Shown one piece after another: positions 63,943 to 64,000 of a stretch of 64,000 bases of DNA. Numbering within the stretch: position 1 is the first letter of the stretch; every line of letters starts with the position of its first letter. Both the position numbers and the translations under genes were made by a program. The stretch comes from Verrucomicrobiota bacterium. GTDB taxonomy: Bacteria; Verrucomicrobiota; Verrucomicrobiia; Limisphaerales; CANJXF01. The notes below the pieces were generated by a model that worked only from the letters and a program-made list of their open reading frames with translations, ran no database searches and was not told the DNA's origin. The DNA lies in the NCBI GenBank assembly GCA_038214755.1, contig JBBQRQ010000011.1, positions 1 to 64,000 of the forward strand, in the 5' to 3' direction.

Positions 63943-64000
63943 ATGAAAAGCATTTTGCGACTGACCGCGTGGGTATTGGTAGCATTCGTTTCCCGTTCGT
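63943..64000 (+). CDS. Possible start of a secreted protein running off the window (MKSILRLTAWVLVAFVSRS...)
   Basis: ATG followed by a basic then hydrophobic stretch, open to the edge. Confidence 0.4.
   Translation, partial: MKSILRLTAWVLVAFVSRS

Noticed and set aside
1..64000. tRNA, rRNA, inteins, group II introns, integrases and transposases
   Set aside because: No cloverleaf or rRNA signatures, no Cys...His-Asn intein ends at the in-frame inserts, and no RT, DDE, HUH or recombinase motifs were recognised by eye

Overview
Bacterial chromosomal window. The gene content (PEP-CTERM proteins, H-X9-DG prepilin-like proteins, secreted proteins ending in F/Y-Y-R) suggests Verrucomicrobiota, probably Pedosphaera/Limisphaerales-like; this is inference. 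0.1-4.5 kb: an intact type III R-M methyltransferase, then a remnant (res 3' tail, AlbA_2/ATP-binding gene, mod 5' head) bracketed by a 24-bp direct repeat. 4.5-20 kb: a candidate glycan-utilisation locus with no SusC/SusD. It holds a putative glycoside hydrolase, a NarL-type two-component system, a PEP-CTERM protein, a four-repeat secreted protein, a prepilin-like protein, a CBM-rich protein and a GH144-like beta-1,2-glucanase. The sensor kinase carries a circularly permuted copy of the jelly-roll-like domain repeated in the neighbouring secreted proteins, inserted into its Y_Y_Y domain. 20-32 kb: a second PEP-CTERM protein and two convergent prepilin-like/large-secreted-protein pairs. 32-64 kb: mostly housekeeping genes (adenine deaminase, hybrid kinase, 2-oxoacid:ferredoxin oxidoreductase alpha and beta separated by an ~5 kb insert, MacAB-like ABC exporter, D-aminoacylase, rlmN, RelE-type TA pair, LpoB/YcfL-like lipoprotein operon, ubiE/menG, miaA, lgt, ylbF-like). 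The window contains more than 20 short palindromic elements: GTAG/GGAG-footed REP/REPIN-like hairpins, heptamer-array inverted repeats and an IS1031-like MITE with TNA target duplications. They are often nested, and at least seven lie in frame inside six genes (mod twice, GH144-like, rlmN, ycfL-like, ubiE, miaA). No rRNA, tRNA, CRISPR array, transposase or reverse transcriptase was recognised. All family assignments come from reading motifs by eye, not from database searches.
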